Positions 51,362 through 63,861 of a DNA stretch of 64,000 nucleotides are shown here, piece after piece. The notes beneath the pieces are model-generated. The model searched no databases. It saw only the letters and a list, made by a program, of their open reading frames with translations, and was not told where the DNA came from. Source of the stretch: Chiloscyllium plagiosum (Eukaryota); assembly GCF_004010195.1 (NCBI RefSeq), contig NC_057718.1, positions 93,101,569 through 93,165,568 of the forward strand. Reading direction: 5' to 3'. Positions within the stretch are counted from its first letter, which is position 1; the number at the start of each line of letters is the position of its first letter. The translations under genes and the position numbers were made by a program.

Positions 51362-51730
51362 GAAATTGAGAGGTGACCTTGTAGAAGTTTATAAAATAAT
51401 GAGGGGTACAGATAGAGTTAATGGTTGTTACCTTTTACCTGAAGTGCGGGATTTCAACACTGGGGGCACATTTTTTTAAGTGAGAGGAGAGAGATTTAAA
51501 AAAGACATGAGGTGTAAATTCTTTACACAGAGGGTACTTTGCGTGTGGAATGAATGTCCTGAGGAAGTGGTGGATGTGGGTAAAATTACAATATTTAAAT
51601 GATGTTTGGATAAGTACATGAATGGGAAAGGTTATGGGCCAGGAATGGACTAGTTTAGCTTGGGATTATGTTTGGCATAGACTGACTGGACCAAAGGGTC
51701 TGTTTCCATGCTGTATGACACTGACTCTAC
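51362..51730 (+). mobile_element. CR1 3' fragment
   Basis: gagaggtgaccttgtagaagtttataaaataatg...gggtctgtttccatgctgtatgac. Confidence 0.85.
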
Positions 51731-52635
51731 CTCAGCTTCTCTGATCTTCAGGTTTCATTGTCCGCGATACTCAAAATATTGAAATAATATTTAGCTCCAC
51801 TGAGTAAAATCAAAATTATATCCTACAACACATTATCCTGCTTCGATGCATTCTCAACAATGAATGCATGGGAGGATCAAATATCGGAGTGTAGTGTGAT
51901 CCAATGCAAAAGGACAACTTCCAGGAGTGACAGTGCAGCGACACTGACTCCCGAACAAATGATGTCTTGATTTTAAAATTCTCATCCTCTTTTTCAAATC
52001 CTTCCATGATTTTGCCCTTTGCTATCTTTGTAATTACATCCAGCCCCACTATCCTCCAAGACAGCAGTGCTCACTTAATTTGAGTCTCTTGTGCACTCCT
52101 AAATTTAATCACTTCACACAGGCAACTGCAGGGTCAAATGGTTCGGAAACTCCTCTCTGTAAGTCTCCTCCCCTCTTCCTCTCATTCCTCCTTTATGTGA
52201 TGCTTCTTAACTCTCCTGATAGAGGTTAGAGGTTTATGGTTATTTTAATAAAATTCTATTATGGGATGTTGGTATCTTTAGCAAGACCAACGTTTCTTGT
52301 CCATCCCTAATTCCTTTATATCATAACTGTAGCATACTGTCTCTGTATCCTTTCATTTGGATCAAAGCTTTGGTTTATAACACACCTGTAAAGTGTCTTC
52401 AGATGTTTTATTCAAATGTTTTATTTACTAAAATGACTCTTCAAATTGTTGTTGAAATACAAGACTTGTGAAGGCTGGTAAAAAGACACATAGCAGTACA
52501 ATGGTATTCATGAATATTACACATTATCTATAGTGTACACCCATAGTTTCCTTTTCTTAATTATGCCTCTATGAAGTGCCTTGGGACTTGTTTTGCACTT
52601 AAGATACTATATAAAGGCAAATTGTTGTTATTCTA

Positions 52636-52873
52636 TGAAAAAAACTCTGCAGAGGCTGGTTTCCCATCACAAAAGTCACCCATTATTTACCTATGGAGAG
52701 TCGTTGACACTGATCCAGCTCCCTCAGATCCAGCTCTCAGAGTGAACAGGATGTCTGACATTCCTGTTCTTAACTGTCAGCCGGGGCTCCCTGACTGGAC
52801 CAGATTAATAGCCCCAAACAAGAAGCCCGTATTCTATGAGGTCCACCTGGCTGAACTTGTTATAATCACTAGA
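52636..52873 (-). mobile_element. Solo LTR of the Gypsy family at 2594-7850
   Basis: Shares gcagaggctggt..., gggctccctga.tggaccagattaa and ctatgaggt with both LTRs; 5-bp TSD ttcta/ttctt. Confidence 0.85.
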
Positions 52874-53640
52874 TTCTTCTTGTTGTTATTAACAAGTTGT
52901 GTATGTACTCAGTGCATTTGCCAGTTTAATGACAGTAAAGAGTGATTATGAGTGAATCATTCCAAGACACCAATTAATATGAACTCTTGGTTGTCATTGG
53001 AATGTTAACTGGACCCTATCAATCCCAGATCATTGATGAACAGAGCCTTTAATGCTCAGAACAGGAAAGCAGTTTTACAAATCTGATCCTTGGTGCCCTC
53101 ATGACAAAATCTACATTAATGCAAACGAAACACAAATATGGCAGCTTATTTCAAACATCTGTTTTACACCATTACTCATTCACAGTAGAAAAACAGGTTC
53201 TAATTCTAATTCTCTTCAGCTCTAACCTCATAACTTTCCATTACAAGATTCTTGTGTGCACAATTTGTACTGATCATGCAAAATGGGCAGTCCATTCATT
53301 TATACCTACCTCTTGCCCCTCCTGACAACCAAAAAAACTAACAGCATCATTGTCTTTTATTGAAAATCAAATTTGTGATTACAATAACATGCCTTCATTT
53401 GGTACTGGTATCAATAGCAGTCGGTGCAATTCAAAATAGTAGAAACACAAGAGGAGGAGTCAGCAATTGAGTCCATTGAGTCTGGTCCATGTTTTGAATG
53501 ACTCAAGGCTGATTTGCAGCTCACTAAGTTGCCTTGGCTCCATATCATTTAATAACCTTACCTGATAAAATTCTGTTATGAAAACTTCAATTGTGATACA
53601 AACTATTCAAGGTTTACAGGCTGTATGATTTGAATATATT

Positions 53641-54608
53641 TGTGACATTTATTTTAGAGTCTGGATTTTGAACAAATGGCGCGAGGGTCTTGGCTTTGTG
53701 TAAGAAGCGATTTAATTATTAAACTTATTAGTCTTTCTGGAACGATGATCTTTGAACTAGTTTGTGGCAGAGAGCAAGTGACCGGGCCCTTAAAGTCATT
53801 AGCTCACTTTTGGTTTAGGAGAAGAAAGAATTGATTTTTTTATGCTCAGGGCAAAACTAATGGATTTGAAAGCTTTTGATTTCAGTTCAGAGAAGACCTG
53901 GTGGGGGTCAGATGTAAGAACAATTTTTTTCCTGTGGAAGGAATCAGTTCAGAAAAGTTAGAAATTAAGTTAACTCCAAAGTAAAGCTTTGAGTTTGAAA
54001 ATTCCAGACCTGAAGTGTTTGGGTAGGACCCTGAAAAAGTTATTTGAAGCTAAGAATATTTCAGGCCATTTGTCTGAATAATCAAGGACGAGGCTGTGAA
54101 GTTCTCAAGACTGCGAATTGAAAGAAATAGTTAGATGTTAAAGGGAAGAGAATTCTCTCTGGTATTTGAGTATGATAAAGCTTTGATGTTGGGATAGATG
54201 AAGTTTTATTCTGCCTTACGCTTTGAAATCTTTCAACTCCTGTCCAAAGTAAATAAAAACTGAAAGAACTGTACATGCTGGAAATCAGAAACAAAAACAG
54301 AAATTCACGAAAAGGCTCAGCATGTCTGACATTATCTGTAGAGAGAAATCGCAGTTAACATTTCGGGTCCAGTGCCCTTTCCTCAGAACTCAGTAAGTAA
54401 CTTGGTTGGTTTTATTTTATATTCCCATTTCTCTGAAGAATGAACTTCTCTCTTTTTGTTAAAACCAATTCTACAGCTTTGCGTGTATATATTTTAATGA
54501 ATGACCAGCCGAATGAATTACAAAACAAACCTAAAAACTGATCAATGAAGTCAGATTTCAATCAGGGATCTGACATGTCTAGTGACAACACCAGTTGAGA
54601 TCAGAACA
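53641..54608 (+). mobile_element. Possible solo LTR (second family)
   Basis: Starts TGTGAC, ends GAACA; flanks tatt/catt; no second copy in the window to confirm it. Confidence 0.4.
54250..54390 (-). mobile_element. Family C element
   Basis: Minus strand AGUU-CUGAGGA-A-agggcacuggaccc-GAAA-UG-UU-AACU (54353-54390) with 4-bp stem I; possible TSD agtaa(a/g)taa. Confidence 0.8.
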
Positions 54609-55564
54609 CATTAACACAACATCCCCAGGCTTTTGATGGAGAGAATTAGTAGTTAGTGAAGATCAGGAATGTGCATGGTGTTTCCTGGTTTTTACGCCAA
54701 ATAGCAAGCTGTAAGTTTAAGACAGTGCCTTCATTTTTGACAATTAGCACACCAGAGGTAATTGCTTCTCCCTACCTATCATATATCATTGTATACATCT
54801 CGGTCAGATCAACTCTTAATCTTTAAAACTCAAAGGAATGTCAACCAATTTAAACAACCTGGGCTATAACATAATTCAAGTCCTTTATGATGCTGTTCCG
54901 CGCATGCTGCCTGACTTTCTAGGCTTTTCCAGCAACACATGTCTTGACCCATCAATGAACAGGACAGTATCGGCATGCCAGTACTTGACCGGCATTTTAA
55001 AGTGGGCACGTCAGCACAATTCTAATGAGGAACAAGTTTGTCCAGAAATGACACAATGATAAAATGAAACTAGAATTGATCGAGAGGGCACCATAGAGAT
55101 GGCGTTGATCATTAATTAATCTAGTTTTGTAAGATCTGGCAAGAAAACTTGCCAGGCCTCACAGAGTGAAAACATCAATGAAACTCAACAAAACTGACAA
55201 TTAACGGTAAAAAACAGTTAGATTCAGTTCTTCAGTTTACTCTCCCTGTGATAAATACCACCACTCTCGCTAGGCACACCAGTCTGTAGTTCCCTGGCTT
55301 TTCCTTGCATCTTTCCTTAAATAATGGTACAATATGCCAGAGAGGAATTGACAACAAATTTCTTTCGATTTCAATATGGTCATCTCCTTCTGTACATGCC
55401 TCCAGTCTCACCTCCCCGATGTGGGGCAAACAGTGGAACATTGAAAATATAATCTCTTTCAATGTTGAAGGATCTTCTGGGGGAGATATTGAGGAAAAAG
55501 GTTATTTTCATTGCCTCTATCAATGCCCCCCCTTATCCTGCTGGATGCCTACAATTGGAATGAA

Positions 55565-56132
55565 AGCTGTGACTCTGGTGAGTCTTGGCCAGCTCAGGAA
55601 CTGCCCCTGGCTGAGGCGAAGGTAGAAGAGATGTTGCCTGGTAACATGTAGTGAGACCTTTCCTCATCCTCCATTTGTGCAAAGGAACATAGGAACAGGA
55701 GTAGGCCATTTGGCCCCTCAAACTTATTCTGTCATTCCCTGAGATCATGACTGATTTGTGGCCTAATTCCATATACCTGCCTTTGGCCTTTAGCCCTTAA
55801 TACCTTTGTGAAACAAAAGAAAAATCTATCTCAGCTTTAAAATTAGCACTGTGTTAGCATCCATGGTCATTTGTAGAAGAGAGTTACAAATGTCTCCTGC
55901 TCCTTGGCTGCTGTCTGACCAGCTGTGCTTTTCCAGTGCCACACTTTTCGACCCATCAATGAGCAGGAGAGCGTCGGAAGGCCAGTACAGGACTACTCCT
56001 GTTCCTATGTTTCTTTGCACAAATGGAGGATGAGGAAAGGTCCCGCCACACGTTACCAAGCAACAACTCTTCTACCTTCTCCTCAGCCAGGGGCATCTCC
56101 TGATCTGGCCAAGACTCACCAGTGCCACAGCT
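55565..56132. repeat. 140-bp inverted repeat (55565-55704 / 55993-56132)
   Basis: Ungapped reverse complement with about 13 mismatches by manual count. Confidence 0.9.
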
Positions 56133-56770
56133 GTTTTATGTAGAGTGCTTCCTAACATCTCTCCTGTACAGCCTGGCCCTGATTGTTAGACCGTATTTGC
56201 TAGTTCTAGAATTCTCCAACAATTAGAAACAGCTTATTTTTACGTCCCCTCTCTTTTCCTGTTAATATGTTGAAGAGTTCGATCAGCTCATCTCATCAAT
56301 TTCAAAATCCTAGAAAAAAAGGTTTAAATTTTACAAGCTCTCCTCCCAACATCTCAAGAAGAGGTATCTGTCTTGTCGACCGATGTTGCGCTCCTTCCAA
56401 AGCCACTATGTCCTTATGATGTGGTGACGCGATCGGCTCAGCGCACTGTGAGTGTAACCAGGGTTTTGTACAACTGCAGCATAACTTCCACCTCCTTATA
56501 CACTGGCCTCCAGCCACAACGGCCACCATTTCATTAGCTTTCTTGATGATTTTCCTGACCTGTTTGTTGCATTTTAAAGATCTATGCACCTGAACCTGCA
56601 GGTCTATTTGGATTGCTACTGTATTCCACTTCATACCATCTAGAAAGAACCCTCATCTATCCTTTCTCAATCTAACATGAATACCTTCACACTTGCTTCC
56701 ATTGAACACCATCTGCCACAGTTTTACCCATTCTTCAACATCCCTTTGTAATTTTATGCTTGACTATTTT
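55685..56770 (-). mobile_element. Old CR1 3' portion interrupted at 55893-56133
   Basis: Tail gaacataggaacaggagtaggccatt; ORF 56302 DLQVQVHRSLK...KDIVALEGAQHRSTR. Confidence 0.75.
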
Positions 56771-57227
56771 ATCCTGTTTTAAGTTTCCTCTCTTTTCTGC
56801 CTCTGATCCAAGTCATACAGCACTCCAAGAGGGAAAACAAGGAACAACCCCAGTGACTCCACTCCTGACAGGTGTTCCAACTTTTTCAACTGCACTTCTT
56901 TGTCAATCCAAAAATGTTTTCCAAACTCTGCTAACAACTCTCAATGGTATTACCTCCATTTGCTCTGGAATAATATGACAAAATCAAAGGCATTTCCTAA
57001 TAGTTCCTTGATGATCTTTTTCTGATGTTAATGTTGGGAGCAGTGCCCCATACAGCTGAACGCTGGCTGGAATGATGAAGGAATGATGTTTGTACAGGGC
57101 TCCTGTGGTGTAATAGTGATATTCCTACCTCTGAGTCAGGAGCACTGGGCTCAAGTACCACCTACTCCTTAGGTGCATCATAATATCTCTGAACATGTTA
57201 ATGAAATATAGCTGATGGAAAGACATT

Positions 57228-57590
57228 AGGGAAGCCAACGGCTAGTGGCATTATCATTGGACTGTTAATGCAGAGACCCAGGTAACATTTTGGGGCCTTT
57301 GGTTTGAACATCCCTGCGGTAGATGATGGTATTTGAATTCAATTTTAAAAAATCTGGAATTAAGAGTCTAATGATAACCATGAAGCTATTGTCAATTGTC
57401 CAAAAAACCCATGTGTTTCACTAATGTTCTTTAGGGAAGGAAAATGCTATCCTTACCTGGTCTGGCTTACATATAACTCCAGACCCAGAAAAATGTGGTT
57501 GACTCTTAACTAACCTTTGGGCAATTAGGGATGGGCAATAAATGCTGGCCTAACCACCAATGCCCTCATCCCATAAATGAATAAAAAATA
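57228..57590 (+). mobile_element. Deu-domain SINE (SacSINE1-like), near full length
   Basis: tRNA-like head, core cactaatgttctttagggaaggaaaatgctatccttacctggtctgg, tail ttagggatgggcaataaatgctggcc...aaaaaa. Confidence 0.8.
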
Positions 57591-57684
57591 GCAATAGGAC
57601 TTCAGATGTTCAAAGTGGTGTGATGGATGTCAAATTAGTGTTTGAACATTCTTGATGTCTCATCGTGTTTGTGGCCTTTTAAGG

Positions 57685-57930
57685 ATTTTATTCTTTCATG
57701 GGACACGCATATCATTTGTAAAGCCTACATATGTTTCCCATTCCAAAATACCCTTAAACTTGTCAGGCCATTTCAGAGGTCAGTTAACACTCAACCACAT
57801 TGCTGTGTGTCTGGAATCAAATGTTGGCTAGAATAGGTAAGGAGACAGATTTCCTTCTTTATAAGAAATGAGTGAGACAGATAGGTTTCTATGATAATTG
57901 TCATGGTTCCTGAGGCCAGCTTTAATTCAT
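57685..57930 (-). mobile_element. Deu-domain SINE (diverged, antisense)
   Basis: tcaaccacattgctgtgtgtctggaatca...aggtaaggagacagatttccttc is the reverse complement of the core. Confidence 0.65.
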
Positions 57931-57941
57931 GTGTGATTAAT

Positions 57942-58562
57942 TAGAGCCTTAGAGTCATACAGCACAGAAACAGACCCTTTGGTCCAACCAGTCCATGCCA
58001 ACCACAATCCCAAACTAAACTAGTCCCACCTTCCTGCTCCTGGCCCATATCCCTCCAAACCTTTCTAATTCATGTATCCATCCAAATGTCTTTTAAGTGT
58101 TGTAATTGTACCTGCTTCCATCATTTCCTCAGAATGTTCATTCCAACTGCGAACCACCTTCTATGTAAAACATTTGCCTCTTATGTCTATTTTCAATCTC
58201 TCTCCTCTCACCTTAAAAGTGTGCCCCTAGTCTCGACATTCCCCATTTTAGGGAAAAGACAACTACCATCAACTCCAACTATACCTCTATTATTTTATAA
58301 ACTTCTATCAGGTGAACCTCTCAACCTCCTACGCTCCAGTGAAAAAAGCCCCAGCCTTTCTTTATACCTCAAAGCTTCCATACCTGGCAAATCTCTACTG
58401 AACCCTCTCTAGCTTGATAATATCCTTTGTATAACTGGGTGACCAGAACAGGACATTTATTCAGAAGAACCCTCAACATTGTCTTGTACAAACTCAACAT
58501 AACATCCCAACTCCTATACTCAAAGGAATGAGCAATGAAGGCAAGTGTGCTAAATGCCTTTT
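57942..58562 (-). mobile_element. CR1 3' fragment
   Basis: agagtcatacagcacagaaacagaccc; ORF 58369 KKAFSTLAFIAHSFEYRSWDVMLSLYKT. Confidence 0.88.
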
Positions 58563-61539
58563 TTTCCCCACCATCTGCCATGGGATTTGAACCCATGTCC
58601 TCAGAAATTTAGTCTGGATCACTGCACTAGTAACCCAATGACACTGCTGTGACACTACCATGGCTCTATGTTTGTGGCTGCACGAACTTAGCATGCCTGG
58701 CCAAGGTGATCCGGCCAACATAGTTGAATTTCTTAGATTATCTTTGGCAAAGGCTAACTTGGTGGCAGCAGGATTATTTTGCTAATAGCTTCTCTTAAAA
58801 AACAGGGGGGTGACAGCTGCTGACAGTACAGCAAAGAAACACCAAAAGCTAACAGGCACATAGTGTTGTGGTCCTTCAGAAACAGGGAGAGCAGTAAAAT
58901 GTTAAACTTGGTTAAACAGCCAAGCATTGAGGTTCACCACTTAAATACCACATTCGGACCTGATGGGAGAAGTTGGCAAAGGGATATGGAATACTTAGCC
59001 TATGACCATAAGAGATAACACACACACAAGAAGCTGCACTATTTTGTGTTGCAGGTGAACAAAGTAGTTTTAGTGAATATATCTTTGTGTCCCCCAAGAA
59101 AATATTGAGTTTAAAATCCTGGTAGGCATGGCAACCAATGACACTATCGATGCAAACATATTCCAGTTGGTTGGCATGGTTGAGTCCGCAAGTACCACAA
59201 GAAGGTCTAGCAGCCAAGTCGGAGAGGTAGCTTTTCAAGAGAAAATATCTTTAAGCCACTAGATGCCACCTGAGCAAAATGAAAATAGCAGGTGTGCTAA
59301 CAGCCATGCAGATTATGAACCACAGGGCTGGATTTAGAATGTACTTCATGCTTAGATCACCAAAGCACTGCCAGCTGTGCAGCTTAGACGCCAGATCCAA
59401 GCTCAAAACCACAAACCTGAACTGTGGTGGCGAAAATGCTGCTGTATTCCCTGCCAAGGTCACAGTCTGTCCAGGTTGTTGGAAAGTCAAGTATTTTGCA
59501 GAGTTTCATGAATCCAGAAGCATTCAACTGAAGAAAGTTGAAAGATCCTAAACAATGTACAGCACCGCAACACGGTTCTTTTAGATGAGACAGATATTGA
59601 GAGCTATTTGACTGTGTCCGAAAGTGAGTTTGAGTACTGCTCGAGATATGTTTCCTTAGCTCTAATTTGACTCAGTTATGACAAGTAATTACTGCATGTG
59701 GGTTTCAATCCCCACTCTCAACTCTGCTGAGCTATAAATTATACTCAGGCTTCTTCTGAGGCCCCATAGCTTAGAGGGTTTTCACTGAGCCCCAGTGCAA
59801 ATACCAGCTGCCCACTGACTCCTAGAACTTCCTCCTGAGTTCTGACTCAAAGGGGCATTGACCTTCTCAGCAGCATGGCTCAACAGGTCTTTTCCAAATG
59901 AAGCCTTCTTCTGTTTCCTTCTATCAACTGTGAGTTGGGAAGTGTCTTTCAGTGAACACTGAACTACCTTTAATGACAAATTGAAAATGTTGCAAAAACC
60001 CAATCCCTATTACTAGGCAGATTCATACATGGCAACCAGCAATAGAACTCAAAAGGACCCCCTTTGAACTGTCTGATCCCTGAATGTTACAATGTTCAGT
60101 CAGTGCTGGCTCCCACAGCATGAAATAGGCACAAGAAACGGAATTTATTACAACTTCCTTGAGACATTTGAGAAGGCTCCACGTAATAGACTATTATCCA
60201 AGGTGCAAGCACATGAGATTAGAGGTAAGTGTGTGATATGAGTTGGTAATTACATTAGAAGTTAGAGACAGCAGACAGGGATAAGCAGAGAGTCTTCTCA
60301 TTAATGGGATATGACGTGATATTCTTCACAGTTCAAAACCATGGTGTTAGCTTTTGAGAACATATAATTATTGACTTGGATGAAAGAATATTTCGATGTG
60401 TGGTTGGTACTAAGTTAGGATGTACAATATGTTGTGTAGATGAAAGCAAAGCGTTATAAAGCTACATTGATAGTTTGAGACAGTGAACAAAATTGTGATG
60501 ATTGGGCCTGGATTTCACCAAGATGGTCAACTTCCCTGTTGTGATAGATGGGCCTGGAAATTGCAAGCCCAAAAGTAAGTATGAGAATAGGGCCTAGTCA
60601 GGATGTGTGCACATTCAGAGAAAGTTTTAACAATCGGCTGCCTCTACTTTCGTCTGAAGTAGCCCATGATTGTGAAAGTCAATGGGAGCAAAGTAGACTT
60701 AGTAAGGGCAAGTCTGGAATTGGTGTACTTTTTGGATAACCAGGTTATTGCTTTGATATATTCCTTTGAATATGGTTCCAAGACTCCTATGGGAGGTGAG
60801 GTACCCTTTGGAATGCCTAAAAGCAGGCATGACTGCATTGGCATTGCATAAAACTTATTAAACTCTTCAGACCTGTCAAATAAATTGTCAAAAATAATCG
60901 TCAAAAAAGCCCTGTTACGAACACGTGTAAAAGGGAGCTCTTGAGCCATCAGGGCATTTAAAAATCATGCCCTCTAAATCTTTGACAATAATGACTTCAG
61001 TATCAAAAATCATTATGTACTATTGCAACCTGTTTGTTGACACTAGTCAGAAAGTTTCCAACACACAATTTCTGCTGCATTACTGATTACATAACAGCCA
61101 TTATTGGGGTAAGGTCTAATATTTTACAGTTTGATTGACAGCTCTAAGTGACAATAAGTTCACTGAATTCCAATGCTTGTTACTTAAAATAAAATATTTG
61201 CACTTCTGAGGTTCTAAGTCATTGAAGAAGCAGAAATGTACTAAATTTTCTTTTAAACAGTGTTTTGTTTCCAATTTGATGAAGTCTACAGACATTTGAG
61301 CTTTAATTCAAATAACTTTATTTTATCTTATCTCTACATGTCTAATGATGTCTGCCCCATGTTGGACAGTAGGTGAATTGGCATGTTAAGTTTAAGAATA
61401 CTGGAGAGATGGTTTGGGTTGGTTTAACATTATGCTCACACTAGGTTGGCATAGGGGCTGTAAAGGTTCATGGTGTACATATGGGACATATTGCTTCAGT
61501 AATATCAACCAAATGGGATGCTGGGAAATCAGAATTTTT

Positions 61540-61840
61540 TTTCCAGAGTTGAAAACTATGGGACATGCATTGAAGGTGAGAGGTGGAAAGTTCAAAGGAG
61601 AAGTGAGGGGCAAGTGTTTTATACAGAGAGTGGTAGGAGTCTGGAACAAGAGGTGGTGGTGGTGGAGACAGATACGATCAGGATGTTTAAGGGACTTTTA
61701 GATAAGCGATTGAATATGTAAGGAATGGAGGGATATGGACCAAGGACAGGCAGAGGGGATTAATTTAATTTGGCATCTTCTTTGGTGCAACATCATGGTC
61801 TGAAAACCCATTCTTGTGCTGTATGGTTCTATGTTTATGT
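61540..61840 (+). mobile_element. CR1 3' fragment
   Basis: GHALKVRGGKFKGEVRGKCFIQRVVGVWN. Confidence 0.8.
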
Positions 61841-62503
61841 TCGAGTAACTCAATGAGCCTGACAGCATCTGTGGAGAGGAAACAGAGTTAAAGTTTCAAG
61901 TTACTCAAAATGTTAACTCTGTTTTCACTCGACATATTACCTCAATGTTTAAGAGTAATATTGTGAAGAATGACAAATGTCATTGCGATAAGGTTAGGAT
62001 TAGGGTCTTATCCATGCACTGAGCATTGAAGCACATTCATTATTTACCAAGTTGCCTGTAAGAAATGGGATTATCAGCCCCCTGTGAAGTTGCAAGATTT
62101 TATTTGCAATCAGGGTCTTGATAATCAGCCACTTCCTCCCTGTGTTATCCTCTGACAGCCTCCATGAAGGAACAAAATTCTTGAGAACCCTCATCAGCAA
62201 AGAGGAAGAATGGAAGATTACAGAGAAAGGGATGCCTGTGATCTCAAGGTCAAGGACCAATCCCACCTCCTGGAAACACCTACCAAACGTGCGATTGGAG
62301 ATGTGGTTCTCAGATTGAGTTCATCAGCCACACAAATACCCACAGAACCCATAACCAGTGATGTGGGATTTCCTCATGGACAATCATTTTAGCGATGTTT
62401 GCCGATGATGAATGTCACACTAAACTTGTATGTTGTCCACAGAAATGGTAGGCAACAGGTTAATCATGAGGGAGCTATTTATGAACTGTATCTGTGGCAT
62501 GAA

Positions 62504-62836
62504 TGGGAAGCATGGTGGCTCAGTGGTTAGCACTGCTGCCTCACAGTGCCAGAGACCTGCGTTCAATTCCACCCTTGGGTGACTATCTGTGTGGAGTTTA
62601 CACATTGTCTGTGTGGGTTTCCTCCACGTACTCTAGTTTCCTCTCACAGTCCAAAGATGTACAGAGTAGTTGGATTGGCCCTGCTAAATTGCCCATAGTG
62701 TCATGGGGTGTGCAGGCTAGGTGGATTAGCCATGGGAAATGCAGGGGTTACAGGGATAGGGTAGGGGAATGGGTTTGATTGTGATTCTCTTTGGAGGGGT
62801 GGTGTGGATTTGATGGGCTGAATGATCTGCTTCCAC
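62504..62836 (+). mobile_element. HE1-type SINE
   Basis: catggtggctcagtggttagcactgctgcctcacag...ccaaagatgtac...ttctatga. Confidence 0.88.
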
Positions 62837-63102
62837 ACTATAGGAATTCTATGAATGAGTTTTGAGGTGCTGTGGTAGTGTCCATAGCCTCTGAGCCAAA
62901 AGATTTGGATTCAAGTCCTCATGTGTCATAACATGTCTGAACAGAGAAATTAAAATAACAAAAGAAAATGTATAGTGTGCTAAACTAAATTTAATTATAC
63001 TTGAAGTAACAATTAAAATGGCTTAATACACAAAATAAATCAAAAGTCAAAATATGATAATAAGTGCCAAAGGACCTTTAAAAAAAATCATTCATGGGAT
63101 GT

Positions 63103-63205
63103 AGAACATAGAACATTACAGAGCATGACAGGCCCTTCGGCCCATGATGTTGCGCCAAACTGTGAAACCAATCTGAAGCCCATCTAACCTACACTATTCC
63201 ATTTT
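63103..63205 (-). mobile_element. CR1 3'-end fragment
   Basis: (agaacat)n tail and caggcccttcggcccatgatgttgcgcc, as at 14350. Confidence 0.75.
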
Positions 63206-63272
63206 TGTCCTGTCTTAAGTCGAAGAAAAATAACTTTGCCTCCTCCAGGATCTAGAAACCCATTCCAAGGAA

Positions 63273-63861
63273 GTTAAAAATCACGTAACACTGGGTTATA
63301 GTCCAACAGGTTTAATTGGAAGCACTAGCTTTCAGAGCGCTGCTCCTTCATCAGCTGGTTGTGGAGTACACAATTGTAAGACACAGAATTTATAGCAAGT
63401 TACATTGTACTTTGTTCAAAAACTGCATGAATCCTTGTAAGACTCAACTCATTTTTTAGATTAGAATCAGTCTAAACATTGTAGCACAGACAGCAGCACA
63501 CAGGGGGCTAACACCTTCAACACATTATCTGGGCTTACACCAATTGTTAAAGTTCACCTGAGAATGTAACTTTTTAAAAAAGGTTTTGTGATTTACATAT
63601 GAAACAAGTGAAACTAACATGGTCATTCTAACAGATGAGAGACTTAACAATCAAGGTGTTTTTCAATGTATAATTTCATTTCCATCACACTGTAAACTTT
63701 TGCTATAAATTCTGTGTCTTACAATTGTGTCCTCCACAATCACCTGATGAAGGAGTGGCGCTCCAAAAGCTAGTGCTTCCAATTAAACCTGTTGGACTAT
63801 AACCTGGTGTTGTGTGATTTTTAATTTTGTACACCGCATTCCAACACCAACATCTCCAAAT
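63273..63861. mobile_element. Family B fold-back element with 12-bp TSD
   Basis: TSD cattccaaggaa 63261-63272 / 63862-63873; ~125-bp inverted arms; hammerhead motifs at 63323-63357 (-, core intact) and 63741-63775 (+, G12>A). Confidence 0.9.

Noticed and set aside
58880..59560. Cluster of 79-108 aa ORFs
   Set aside because: No convincing domain; possibly an ancient LINE remnant, but too degenerate to call.
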